Of a DNA stretch of 42,512 bases, positions 23,243-33,915 are shown piece after piece (position 1 is the stretch's first letter; each line of letters begins with the position of its first letter). The notes below the pieces were generated by a model. The model did no database searches, had not been told where the DNA came from, and saw nothing but the letters and a program-made list of their open reading frames with translations. The position numbers and the translations under genes were made by a program. Source of the DNA: a virus (taxonomy: Duplodnaviria > Caudoviricetes); IMG/VR virus record IMGVR_UViG_3300032219_001071, positions 1 through 42,512 of that record; one strand, 5' to 3'.

Positions 23243-25499
23243 AGACAAACTAAAGATTTCGTCTGGGTCGTTTGTTGACGGGAAGGAAGTTCCTTCCATG
23301 ATTACAACCGATCCTAACGTCGTCACTCCGGGTAACATCCAGGGTATCAAGAAAGCTATCGAAACAGCCCGCAAGGAGATCCGCGGCCAGAAGACTACAG
23401 CAGTTGCTGCACCTGGCACGCCAATCAAGACAGAAGCAACGCCAGCTGCTACGAAAGGTCGCAAGGCACGCGCACTCCCCAGCGCTGTTGCTAATGGTCG
23501 CACGAAGAAGGCTGGCTCAGGACGCACAATCAATGACGCCATCATCTCCGGCGGCAAGATGCGCGTTGCCAAGATCAATCCAAAGTTCGACCGACTGCAG
23601 GCTCTCACCGCCGAGCAGAAAAAGGGCATGTCCCTGGAGCGCCAGCGCCTCAACCAGCTTGGCGAGGTGGCTGAGGAGAACGAAGATTACTTGCTCGCTC
23701 TCGAGGCGATGAACCGAAAGCAACTCGTCGAGCCTGAACAGAACCGCATGCGTGCAATCTACCGACGCTACGACCACTACTTCCATCCAAACACCTTTAC
23801 CCTTGGTGGCGCAGACCACTGGGCAGAAGACCCAAGCGCACGGCTCTCAGGCCGCTCGCACGTGTCGGTCAACCTGCACGCTTCCTACGTCCAGATCCCA
23901 GCTTCACTGCAGGCTGTAACCCCTGTCATTAACTACGTACCAACGGGCCCTACCGAAGGCGAGCGAAACCAGGCTTCACGCAGAGAGCGTCTCATGTACG
24001 CTTGGTGGGATGCCAATGACATGGACCTAAAGCTCGAAGAGGCAGCTCTTCTCAAGGCCCTGTACGGTAACACAGCTGCCAAGATCTTCTGGGATCCGAT
24101 CAAGAAGATGCCACGCATCCAGATCGTCGACACCCCAGAGAACCTCTACGTTGGCTACGGAAGCTCTGACTACACTCGTGTAGACTGGGCTCTTTACAGC
24201 TACGGTCAATCCCCTCAGGCTGTACTTGAGGACTACGGCGTTGACGTTATCCCGGTACGAGATGGCAACCAGTGGTTCCCATATACCTCGTCCAGCACGC
24301 ATGACGACCCAATCGCCAGCATCTACCTGAACAGCTACCACCGCGATCCGATCCGCTACCAGACGGCGTACGACCAGATGAAGATCGAGATCATGGACTA
24401 CTGGTACAAGCACCCTACTACCCCAGGAAAGCCACCGCTCGTGTGCAACGCTATCATCGTCGGCAACACCGTCGTGAAGCGCACTGAGCACCCTGAGCTT
24501 GAGGGTATTATCCCTTACATCATGCTTCGGAACAGCATGATCCCAGGCAGCCCATACGGCAAGCCTGAGCTGTACGACATCGAGCAGCTCCTACGGGAGA
24601 AGGACGAGAAGATCACGGCGCAAGCCCAGATGATCCACTCCGTCGTTGGCGGTCAGATGTGGCAGCTCACTGGCGCTGAGGCTCCCGATGAGGTACCGGC
24701 CAACGCCATTCCAAAGCCAAACCAGGTCGCTACCCCTGGGGCCGGTAACCGCATTGAATCCATCAACCCATTCATTCCTCAGTTCCAAGTAGAGGATTAC
24801 AACAAGCGTATCGACCGTGAACTTGCAGTCGCCTCTGGCTTGAACGATCTTCTACTTGGACTTGCTCCATCTAGCGTACTTGGATCGAGCCGTGCGATTG
24901 CGCAGCTCATGGCCAACTACGAAGCTCGTATCTCCCCGAAGCGCAAGCTCCTCTACAGCTGGATCCAGCAGGTATGGGAAGTATGCGCACGCGTGTGGGA
25001 GAACAAGGATAAGGCAGTTGCCAACGTCATCGATGGCGAATATTCCATCATGCTGACGCCTCCAGAGCTGACACCACGAGACACCATCGAGCTCGCTCAG
25101 ACCGCCATTAACCTGGTGCAAAACCGACTCTGGTCGGCAGAGCGTGCGATGGATCGCATGGGCGTAAGCGACCCAGAGGGCGAAAAGGACCTGATCCGCG
25201 ACGAGCAGACAGACGCCACGCTCAACCCAGCTGCGGTACAGACGATGGGTGCGCTCATCCAGATGTTCTCGCAGATGCAGCAGCAGGCTCCTGAGGCAGC
25301 TCAGCAGCAGGCAGAGGCAGGGCAGGCAAGCGCCATGGAGGCTATGGCCAGCATGAATCCACCGCAGGGTGGCATGCCAATGCTGAACGCTCCAACCGAT
25401 GGCGCCGTTCCGCCACAAGAAGCCCTTCCTCAGAACGCGCAAGAGGGCGGGGCAGATCTAATGTCAATGCTTCAATCAATGCAGGGAGGTAATGAATAA
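23235..25499 (+). CDS. Portal protein with basic N-terminal and Gln-rich C-terminal extensions
   Basis: Follows TerL; helical fold pattern, PYG.PEL.DI..L, SG....LLG..., S.ERAM..MG..DPE.E...IR.E. Confidence 0.85.
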   Translation: MPKDKLKISSGSFVDGKEVPSMITTDPNVVTPGNIQGIKKAIETARKEIRGQKTTAVAAPGTPIKTEATPAATKGRKARALPSAVANGRTKKAGSGRTINDAIISGGKMRVAKINPKFDRLQALTAEQKKGMSLERQRLNQLGEVAEENEDYLLALEAMNRKQLVEPEQNRMRAIYRRYDHYFHPNTFTLGGADHWAEDPSARLSGRSHVSVNLHASYVQIPASLQAVTPVINYVPTGPTEGERNQASRRERLMYAWWDANDMDLKLEEAALLKALYGNTAAKIFWDPIKKMPRIQIVDTPENLYVGYGSSDYTRVDWALYSYGQSPQAVLEDYGVDVIPVRDGNQWFPYTSSSTHDDPIASIYLNSYHRDPIRYQTAYDQMKIEIMDYWYKHPTTPGKPPLVCNAIIVGNTVVKRTEHPELEGIIPYIMLRNSMIPGSPYGKPELYDIEQLLREKDEKITAQAQMIHSVVGGQMWQLTGAEAPDEVPANAIPKPNQVATPGAGNRIESINPFIPQFQVEDYNKRIDRELAVASGLNDLLLGLAPSSVLGSSRAIAQLMANYEARISPKRKLLYSWIQQVWEVCARVWENKDKAVANVIDGEYSIMLTPPELTPRDTIELAQTAINLVQNRLWSAERAMDRMGVSDPEGEKDLIRDEQTDATLNPAAVQTMGALIQMFSQMQQQAPEAAQQQAEAGQASAMEAMASMNPPQGGMPMLNAPTDGAVPPQEALPQNAQEGGADLMSMLQSMQGGNE

Positions 25500-28300
25500 T
25501 GGCCCGACGTGGTAGCTTCGGCAGATCAGGCACAACGCAGAACCTTTCTGTACTCGTGTACCAGCTGGTCAAGGAGCAGATGAGCACAGAGCTTACGAAC
25601 ATCCTTAACGCCTACGAGACCAATATGAAGGATGGTAGATACACCACCCAGTTCAATGGTCAGAACGTAGACGGCGAGTACGTCATGACGTACATGTCTC
25701 AGATGCTTGCTGGGTTCCCACCCGGATCAACTGAGTACGAGACCCTTAACTCGCAGCTGTCAACATTCCGCTCACGGTACCAGCGCGATGTCCAGAACCT
25801 TGTTATTGACTCTATGAATAACGGAACCCAGATTGACTTCGGCCTTCTCGGGCCAGCGTTCTCCAATAAGGGGATTGCAGAGGTAGAGCTTTCCGACGTC
25901 CGTAACTGGGCAGATGGTGAGATCGCTTCCTTGCTCGAGAACGGTGATAGCGCCCAGGCGGACAAGATCAAGGGCGCAGTCTTCGTTGCCGGGTTTAACG
26001 TTGAGAACGATGGCAAGGTTGCCGCTGTCAACAATGAGTCTATGACCAGAGGGCAGTACAACAACTGGCTGAAGGGTCAGCTGCAAAGTGCTCTCGACGC
26101 TGGCTATACAAAGGACAGCGAGGCATATCGTGGCATCCTCAAGCTACAGGCTGAGGCCGCGAAGCAGGCCAAAGTTGAGGGTGAAGGTAAGGCTGCAGAG
26201 TCAGTTACCAAGCAGTTCAACTCCATTAAAACTGCTTTGAACGATAAGGCCAGAGACATGTTCCAGGCATACGCTGATGCCAACGGTATCAACATGGATG
26301 AGATCAACGCGCTCATCGGCCAGGCTAAGGGCGACTTTGTTTACTACGAAACGATGCAGACTCTTGCTGGCCAGATTGGCAAGGGTGGGGAGTACGATGG
26401 ATTCTACGGCGACGTAACAAGATTTGCTGGAGACCAGCTACTCTCAGAGTTCAACGCCCTGGTTGTAGGTAGCCAGGCTGAGCTCATTGACCTTAGAGAG
26501 AACGGCTTAGGCGGTCTTTCCGAGGAAGATAGGGTTAGAATCAAGGGTGACCTTGACGGTGAGATTGCCACTGGTAGAGCATACGTTTCACAAAGCGGCA
26601 TACCATTTAGCGCCGGTGGGAGCCTGAGCGCACTTGATTCTTTGTATACTGGCCTAAGCTCTGCTGGCGTGTACTTTAGAAATGATGGGTCAACAAAGGT
26701 TGGGCAAGGCGGTCATCCTGAAGCTGTGTTTGACGTCATGAAGCAGTTCGGTGATCAGCTTAAAGATGTTGAGGGGTATGCTCTTCTAAAGTCTCTTGCA
26801 CAAGGCAACATCCCAGTAACTCTAATCGAAGGATCTAGCGAGCTGATCCAAGATAACAACCCGCCAGACGGCGTGATTGGCGCAGCAGAATGGAAAACAG
26901 CTTTCGAGAATGGCCTTTCACGAGACACGTTTGCTGAGATTGAGGAAGCTGCCTCGACAAAGGCCGCTACACTTGTAATGCCATCTGTTGGTGGATCGGC
27001 AACGATATCACCAAAGAGTTTGGTATCGATTGTTCTCGGTGCCCACATGAGCAGCCACCTTCTTGCGACTGGTGGTCAGGTTGTGATGAACTCAACTGGC
27101 ATGGTCTCAATCACCGACAACGCAGCGCCTGGCGGCCCTCTTGCACGCCCTGCCCTCATCAAGGTAGGTGGCAAGACATATGGCGGTATCAGCGAGCCTA
27201 TGACCATTAGCCAAGTCACCGAAGGGTCTCAAGTCGCGTCAGACTGGGCGACAACAAATACTAACATGACAATTAATGTTTACAGAACTGGCGGCCCTGG
27301 CGACAAGAACGCAGGGATTTACGTTAGCATTGTTGGAGGTCTAGAGGGCCCGAACGGCAAGGCACCAAATGGCATTATCATTCCTTACGACAAGTTCAAG
27401 CGTTGGATGCGCGATGTCGGAGGTATCGATATTGACGATAGAACCTTCATGGTACCTAACTCGCAAGAGCCAGCCATGATTAGGGTTGCGTCTACCGATA
27501 GAATGACGGCAGAGGGCATCGACATCAACAAGGCCCTTGCAGGCATCACTAACCCAGACAGCGAGTACTTCATTGGTAGATCCACCACTGGCAAGGGAGC
27601 AGGCATCATGCAGCTCACCGAGGCTGGCGTTACCGGCCTGCAGGATCCTGGGTTTATTACTGATCCAGCCAACGTCAAGGGCGCTATCGACGAGGCGTTC
27701 AAGAATCCATCGGACATTCTCGCTAAGGCCACTGCGTATGCAGCTGCAAGAGGCGAGCAGGTAAGCCAGAAGGACTTGATCAAGGCCGTTTATGCCAGCA
27801 TCCCTGGTATTCCTACGACGTACAACATGGACCTTCAGGCTGAGCAGTTCGGGAAGTACGGCGACGTCGGTACGAGAATTCAGAATCTATTCCCCAACAT
27901 CAAGACTGGAGCGATCACCCCTCAGATCCCAGCTGGTGTGGGAACCGTCCCTGGCACAACGGCTCCAGCTCCAGCTATCCCAAGTGGTCCAGTGCCTGAA
28001 TGGCGCCAGCCTCAAGTCGGGCCAAACAGTGGGCGCAGGCCTGAGATCCCAACCAGCACGGGGCCTGGACCTTCGATTCCGAATATGGGTGGAGGCTCTG
28101 GCAAGAAGGACGACGGCGGTCCATTCGGGTTCCTTGGGGAAGTGTTCCGGAATATCCCAAATATTTTCGGAGCTCCAAAGGTCGGCACTACAAAGCCAGC
28201 CGAAACGAAGCCTGTTACCGCCAAGCCGAAGGAGACCAAGCCGGTATCGTACTCGCTTACTCCTAGAAATAGACCGCCTGGAACCGGGGGTGCCGTTTAA
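25499..28300 (+). CDS. Large structural protein, probable internal/ejection protein (933 aa)
   Basis: Coupled to portal; helical N-half, Pro-rich C-terminus; no catalytic motif seen. Confidence 0.7.
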   Translation: MARRGSFGRSGTTQNLSVLVYQLVKEQMSTELTNILNAYETNMKDGRYTTQFNGQNVDGEYVMTYMSQMLAGFPPGSTEYETLNSQLSTFRSRYQRDVQNLVIDSMNNGTQIDFGLLGPAFSNKGIAEVELSDVRNWADGEIASLLENGDSAQADKIKGAVFVAGFNVENDGKVAAVNNESMTRGQYNNWLKGQLQSALDAGYTKDSEAYRGILKLQAEAAKQAKVEGEGKAAESVTKQFNSIKTALNDKARDMFQAYADANGINMDEINALIGQAKGDFVYYETMQTLAGQIGKGGEYDGFYGDVTRFAGDQLLSEFNALVVGSQAELIDLRENGLGGLSEEDRVRIKGDLDGEIATGRAYVSQSGIPFSAGGSLSALDSLYTGLSSAGVYFRNDGSTKVGQGGHPEAVFDVMKQFGDQLKDVEGYALLKSLAQGNIPVTLIEGSSELIQDNNPPDGVIGAAEWKTAFENGLSRDTFAEIEEAASTKAATLVMPSVGGSATISPKSLVSIVLGAHMSSHLLATGGQVVMNSTGMVSITDNAAPGGPLARPALIKVGGKTYGGISEPMTISQVTEGSQVASDWATTNTNMTINVYRTGGPGDKNAGIYVSIVGGLEGPNGKAPNGIIIPYDKFKRWMRDVGGIDIDDRTFMVPNSQEPAMIRVASTDRMTAEGIDINKALAGITNPDSEYFIGRSTTGKGAGIMQLTEAGVTGLQDPGFITDPANVKGAIDEAFKNPSDILAKATAYAAARGEQVSQKDLIKAVYASIPGIPTTYNMDLQAEQFGKYGDVGTRIQNLFPNIKTGAITPQIPAGVGTVPGTTAPAPAIPSGPVPEWRQPQVGPNSGRRPEIPTSTGPGPSIPNMGGGSGKKDDGGPFGFLGEVFRNIPNIFGAPKVGTTKPAETKPVTAKPKETKPVSYSLTPRNRPPGTGGAV

Positions 28301-31300
28301 TGCCACTGTACTACGATGATCCGCCACGAAGACTACCTGGTACTGAGGTAAGTACCAGGGATCTTCGGATTAATCTTGACATTGGCGGAGACCAGAAGGT
28401 AAAGGATCTGCGACCAGACGAGCAGCTGTTCGCTGCAATGGGTGGCGCGGTAACCGATACAATCAAGACTGGTATCTCCATTGGCAGCAAGCTGCCTATC
28501 CTTCCTGAAGCGGTAAAGCTGGTTGCCGATAGCCCAGTTGGCTGGGTGGTTGGCAGGGGGCTTGAAGCCTTGCAGCTTGCGTCTAACGTCGTAAGCACTG
28601 GTGGGGCGTTCGTGCGCAAGGCAGTTACCCGCAAGGAAGATCTTCCAGCAGACATCCAAAGAATGATTAACTCCGGCGCTGACGAGATGGACATTCTTGC
28701 TTACATGGTCAAGACGCAGCGGGCATGGAGCGACTCTCCAGAGGCCAACCTAGTATTCAGCCTCCTTACAGATCCACTTACGTACACCCCTGCCGTGCTA
28801 GGCAAGGTTGGTATGCTTAAGCCCATTGTTGGCGTAGGCACCGGAGTTGCAGGCGGCGTAGCTGGCGGAGTTACAGCTGGACTCATGGGGCTTGGCCCTA
28901 TCGGCGCAGTTGGCGGCGGTATTATCGGTGGCGTTGTCGGCGCAAGAAAAGCTAGCCAGATTGCTGGACGTGCTATTGAGCGCGCAGGAAAGCTACAGAG
29001 AGTTGAGCAGAGGGCAGCCCTAGCTGAAAAAGCAATAGTTCCAGCCGCAGCCCGCGAGGCTGTTGAGGTTATTCCCGCCTCTATTGAGAAAGTACCTGAA
29101 GCTGTAAGTTTCCTAAAGACAGTATTCAAGAAACTTAAGACAGCTGAAGGTAAAGCAGACGCGGCAAAGCCTGGATTCATTGATCAGGTCTATGTGGATT
29201 CGATTATGGCCCAGATCACTAGGGCTGTACTTAGGACTGGCTCCGGTTATTCGGATGAGGTTAAAGAAGCAGTTATTTTCTTTTCCGGCGACAAGAACGC
29301 CGTAAATGCAGCTGAAGACGCCGCCAGAAAAGCCTTCGATGCCGGGAAGATTACGGCGGAAGAAAGGGTCCGAAGAGTCAAGGAAGCAACAGACGAGGCA
29401 GCAAAGCATCAAGCTGTACTGGACGCAGAGTTTGGGCCTATTAGGGAGCAGATCCGTAAGGCCATCGACGACGCACTTGTAACGCCAGAAGTTCCACAGG
29501 TTGTACCGAAGTCCCCTTCGTCATTTGGCAAGGAATCGGAGATCGCAGCATTTGGCGGTCCACTTACTTCTTCAGAAAAACTTGCCATTGCTCTTAGCAA
29601 GCCAAGAGGCATGAACCTTAGCGAGAGACTCGCTGTTGGGCGACAGGCCACTCAGGCTATTGCCAAGGCAGAGAAAGTTCTTGAGGGCGCAACAGACCCA
29701 GGGATTATCCAGGCGCAGAAGAAGATTATCTCTAACGCACAAGAGGCGATGAAGGACATCAACGCCATTGACGAAGGGATTATCTACGGAACATACAACG
29801 CACTTAGAGCGATGACTGAGGGCGCAAGCGGGCCGATGAAGTACCTAGCCTCTGCCTTCACTGTACCTGCCCACATGCTTATGCAGAGAGAACTAGGTGG
29901 AGTTAGACTAAATGAGCGCGTTGCTCGGTACGGCGCCGGCATCTTCGGAGACGGCATAACCTCTGCGTTCAACGAGCTTGTAGGTAGAGCTATTGCCAAC
30001 TTCGGCATGATTGGCATGCAGAACGTCTTCCTTGGTAAGAACACATTCAGAGCAGCTAACGTAGCTGAGCGCATTGCCAAGGCATATTTCGACGCCAAGC
30101 AGGACCTCCGTATCCTTAGCGGCTCCGGAGCAGATGTTAAGTTCACGCCACAAGAAATCATTGAGCAGATGCGCACGAACGTTTCTGCTGCGGCTGCTCA
30201 GGGCGGAGACGCTGGAATCGTTGGCATGTTTGACGCAACAAACCTTGAAGAGCTCACAAGGCGCATCGAGTTCCTATCCAGCGTAGACCAGCAGGCTGCC
30301 GCGCTAACTCCTGGACGAGGTACCATTCCGCAGATTAAGGCTCTTGCCAACTACATCGAAAGCGAAATGAACATCGGTGACATCCAGGCTATTAGACGTG
30401 CCAATCCGGATGCCCCTGCTGGCCAGATGTTTGAGAAGACGTTTGTGTCCCAGATTAAGGAGTCAGGAGTAGAAGCATTCCACCAAGCCGGCGTTGATCA
30501 AATCAAGAACCAGATGGTCAAGCTTACATTTGAGGTTCGCAACAAGCAAGTTGCTAGGGCCATGTTCGAACAGCACGCCAAGTCGGCCACCATTGCCCTT
30601 GGGCAGAAGTGGGACGAGGTCGCAGATGCATGGCGAAGGACGTTCGAAGAGAGATTTGGCAAGTTCTACGATGAGCGCGGTCTTCCAAAAAGTGAGAAGG
30701 CTATCGACGAAGCGGCAGAAGAGATGCTGTTTGTTCAGTCAATCGGCTACTCTGGTGCAAGCGAAGTCACCGGAACTGTTAACAGACTCTTCGATAGAGT
30801 ACAAGCAGCTGACCCAACGTTGATTGCAGAGATCGGGCAAGAGTCATTTGAGCAGCTACAGAACATCTTTGCAGAGATTGGCGGTAAGGTAAACGTAGTA
30901 TCCAAGTACCATCTGTTTAGCGACACGGCCACAGCGCTGCGTCATGCCTACATGCTCATTGAGAAGTCAACTCCAGAAGCTACTTCAAGGTATGCAGACG
31001 ATGAGGCCCGACTTGTAACGGTAAACATTGATGATAACGTTAGCTCCAGTGTAGCCCGTAGGGCGGGCTCTTACAGCGACGTAGCCACGATCAAGCGACA
31101 GCTTAAAAAGATGGCTAGCAATCCTAAGGCGCCAAGAGGATACGTTAAGATCCTCAACAAACTCATTGATGGGCTTGACAATACAGGCAACCTTGACGAT
31201 GTACGCGCCATGTGGGCTAAGACCGCGGCTGATGAGCTCGACGACGTTAGGGCTTTCGGCGGCACCAAGAACCACAAGGAGATCTACGAGTTCCTGCGCG

Positions 31301-33903
31301 AGGCTATTGACCAGGGTCTTACCTCTAAGAAGCTTTCAGATCGGCAGATCGCCAGACTGTCGACAGCGCTCCGCATTATCGGTTACGATGCAGACTTCAT
31401 TGCAGGTCTCAACAACGGTGCCTACAGGGTTGCCCTTGCGCCAACCAACAACATGATCTACAAGCCTTCCTTCCTAGAGACAGCTGCTGCGCAAGGCGGC
31501 AGGAGAACAGGCATGTTCTCCAACAAGATTGTCCCGTTCATCGACAACACCAGCGAAAGCGTAATCAAGGTGTCAAAGAGAATGGTGAAAAACCCAGAGT
31601 ACAAGTCCACATTCCTTCAGGAGTTTGGCACAAAGATGTTTAGCGACATCCCCCAGAAGTACATTACAGCGTCTATTAGACGGAGAATGGCTTCGTACCT
31701 AGCTCGCGGCGGCCTTGGCGAAGAGGCCGTAGATGCAGTACTCGACGATCTTGTTCAGAGAGGTATCGCAAACGGCGTGTCCGCAAGAGGGCTCGAGACA
31801 ACTGAACATTACACAGCGTTCAAGAATGCTATCGATAGGGTTGGCGGAGTCGGTGCTTATGAGACTTTTGTCCAGTCATACATGCGCAATACTATTGACG
31901 GGGCAACCAAGTTCGACCCAACCAAGGCAGTAATGTACGCCTTCCGTGGCGACAAGAGCACCATCGGTCTTACGCAGTACGCGACCGGTGGAGCAAAAGT
32001 ATGGATGCCAACTATTGCAGGGTTTACAGATAAGCTCTACCCGACCCTTAAGTTTAAGATGAACCCAATCTACTTTATTCAGGAGTGGCTTGAGAGCCCT
32101 ACCCTGAACGCCGCTCGAGGTGTCGACGTTGATACCTTAGCAAGCATCAGCCGCGATGGAGCTATTTCCAACGTGAGCGCTGGCCAGTTAAGGAACCTCA
32201 GCGATGTCGGACCGGAGACTCAGAACTATCTAGACAACGTCAACTTCCTAGCCGTGTTCCGCAACGACGCTATTGCCCAGGCAACCACTGGTCGATACGA
32301 TGACGTAGTCGCGGCGACTGGCCTGTGGCAGAATATCAAAACTGGTCGGTCACTCGGCAAGCTTGCTCAGAAGAAGGAGAAGTACCGAGACGCATTGGCA
32401 CTCGACCTTACTGCAAAGACGTTCTCTGAGACGCTAAGAAACAGAGACTTCAACACTTGGTCAGCCCTAGCTGCACACTACGGCACGACCGACGCCCGCG
32501 CAATCTTTACTAACTATGTGAACTACAGGCTTAGACTTGGCGACACGAAGCGTGTGCTCTCCGACATCGAAGCATCCAGGCCAGCAGGTGTTGGCTTCAA
32601 CCGCATCCCTGACCCAGAAGGTAACGTCCGGTTTGCCGCTAAGGTAGAACTAATCACTGGCAACAGCAGACTCCCTGAAGAGTTGGCCGGCCAGTTTGGC
32701 GGGCAGAACCTTGGCCCAGAGGAACTCTTTGAATACTACGTCCAGAACCCACACATCTGGAGAGCAGAGCTGGACAAGCACATGATCTCCCTGCAGGACG
32801 CTGGCTACGACATGACTGAGATCCTACCTGTTGCTGAGACCCTTCGCAAGAGGATCATCAGGCTGGAGGATGCCATTAAGGAGCAGGGCTACGTTCCAGA
32901 AGATATGCGTAGCTTCCTACCCACCGCCGGCCTTGCCGATGCGTCTGACAAGCTGGGAGAGATGCTTAGTAGGCTTGACATCCAGAGCATTGAGCTGATC
33001 CACAAGCAGTCTGCTCTTAGGACCTTGGCCAGTGCGTCTGGCATGATCAACCCCGAGGCTATGACCGACCTTGGCGACATGGTAGTACAGACCTTGCTAG
33101 TCGGCAAGGGATTCTCGACCGAGGCGCAGAACGTTATCGACGCTGTGAACAGATCGATTGACGCTGCCAAGAACAGTGGCGCCGACATGGTAGCGGAGGG
33201 TCGTGCGTTCTCTGAGGCTGTAAGCGACGCAATGCGCAAAGAGATTGCAGCTGATCCGAGCCTGATCAAGGTGTTCCAAGAGAACAGTCTGGAGATCATC
33301 TCCAACCGCAGCGCAGAAGAGACCGTGTACAATGCGTTCCAGTACGCATACACCAAGGCTCTCGAGCAGGCAAACAAGACGACATACTACGCGTCTCAAC
33401 GCTCGTTCTTCGAGAGGACCATCAACCACCCAATGCTTGGATTCTACCCATACAGCTACATGTTCAAGAAGATCCTGCCCGAGTTTATCCAGCTGCTCTT
33501 CAAGGGTGGCTTTGGTGTTAAGGCCCCAGGCGCTGGATACTCCGCATACATGAATGTCCGTGACTACGTAGAGGCCCAAATTGAGGAAGATCCATCGTTC
33601 CGTCGAGCACTAGAGGCAAAGGCAGATCTGATGTATATGACAACGATGCTTTTCCCAGGCGTTCCATGGGATCTGTCGGTTGTGCCGTCTCCTATTCTAA
33701 GAAACGTCTACAAGAGAATCATGACGGACAAAGACATTACTCTTCAGAACATCCTCATTGACGACACCATCAGTAAGTTCTCTGACTTCGGCCCATTCAC
33801 CTCGATCCCTATGGCACTTGAAGGTGGGCTGCAAGCATTTGAAGATGATAGCCCGAAGCCTATCAGACGGGTTCCGTCTGCATTCCCTTCGAGCTTGGAT
33901 TAA
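28300..33903 (+). CDS. Large probable ejection protein (1867 aa)
   Basis: TDPLTY motif then Gly-zipper hydrophobic segment; Ala-rich helices; C-terminal A.KTTYY...FYPYSY pattern of podovirus-like internal proteins. Confidence 0.7.
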   Translation: MPLYYDDPPRRLPGTEVSTRDLRINLDIGGDQKVKDLRPDEQLFAAMGGAVTDTIKTGISIGSKLPILPEAVKLVADSPVGWVVGRGLEALQLASNVVSTGGAFVRKAVTRKEDLPADIQRMINSGADEMDILAYMVKTQRAWSDSPEANLVFSLLTDPLTYTPAVLGKVGMLKPIVGVGTGVAGGVAGGVTAGLMGLGPIGAVGGGIIGGVVGARKASQIAGRAIERAGKLQRVEQRAALAEKAIVPAAAREAVEVIPASIEKVPEAVSFLKTVFKKLKTAEGKADAAKPGFIDQVYVDSIMAQITRAVLRTGSGYSDEVKEAVIFFSGDKNAVNAAEDAARKAFDAGKITAEERVRRVKEATDEAAKHQAVLDAEFGPIREQIRKAIDDALVTPEVPQVVPKSPSSFGKESEIAAFGGPLTSSEKLAIALSKPRGMNLSERLAVGRQATQAIAKAEKVLEGATDPGIIQAQKKIISNAQEAMKDINAIDEGIIYGTYNALRAMTEGASGPMKYLASAFTVPAHMLMQRELGGVRLNERVARYGAGIFGDGITSAFNELVGRAIANFGMIGMQNVFLGKNTFRAANVAERIAKAYFDAKQDLRILSGSGADVKFTPQEIIEQMRTNVSAAAAQGGDAGIVGMFDATNLEELTRRIEFLSSVDQQAAALTPGRGTIPQIKALANYIESEMNIGDIQAIRRANPDAPAGQMFEKTFVSQIKESGVEAFHQAGVDQIKNQMVKLTFEVRNKQVARAMFEQHAKSATIALGQKWDEVADAWRRTFEERFGKFYDERGLPKSEKAIDEAAEEMLFVQSIGYSGASEVTGTVNRLFDRVQAADPTLIAEIGQESFEQLQNIFAEIGGKVNVVSKYHLFSDTATALRHAYMLIEKSTPEATSRYADDEARLVTVNIDDNVSSSVARRAGSYSDVATIKRQLKKMASNPKAPRGYVKILNKLIDGLDNTGNLDDVRAMWAKTAADELDDVRAFGGTKNHKEIYEFLREAIDQGLTSKKLSDRQIARLSTALRIIGYDADFIAGLNNGAYRVALAPTNNMIYKPSFLETAAAQGGRRTGMFSNKIVPFIDNTSESVIKVSKRMVKNPEYKSTFLQEFGTKMFSDIPQKYITASIRRRMASYLARGGLGEEAVDAVLDDLVQRGIANGVSARGLETTEHYTAFKNAIDRVGGVGAYETFVQSYMRNTIDGATKFDPTKAVMYAFRGDKSTIGLTQYATGGAKVWMPTIAGFTDKLYPTLKFKMNPIYFIQEWLESPTLNAARGVDVDTLASISRDGAISNVSAGQLRNLSDVGPETQNYLDNVNFLAVFRNDAIAQATTGRYDDVVAATGLWQNIKTGRSLGKLAQKKEKYRDALALDLTAKTFSETLRNRDFNTWSALAAHYGTTDARAIFTNYVNYRLRLGDTKRVLSDIEASRPAGVGFNRIPDPEGNVRFAAKVELITGNSRLPEELAGQFGGQNLGPEELFEYYVQNPHIWRAELDKHMISLQDAGYDMTEILPVAETLRKRIIRLEDAIKEQGYVPEDMRSFLPTAGLADASDKLGEMLSRLDIQSIELIHKQSALRTLASASGMINPEAMTDLGDMVVQTLLVGKGFSTEAQNVIDAVNRSIDAAKNSGADMVAEGRAFSEAVSDAMRKEIAADPSLIKVFQENSLEIISNRSAEETVYNAFQYAYTKALEQANKTTYYASQRSFFERTINHPMLGFYPYSYMFKKILPEFIQLLFKGGFGVKAPGAGYSAYMNVRDYVEAQIEEDPSFRRALEAKADLMYMTTMLFPGVPWDLSVVPSPILRNVYKRIMTDKDITLQNILIDDTISKFSDFGPFTSIPMALEGGLQAFEDDSPKPIRRVPSAFPSSLD

Positions 33904-33915
33904 AAGGAGGTCAAA

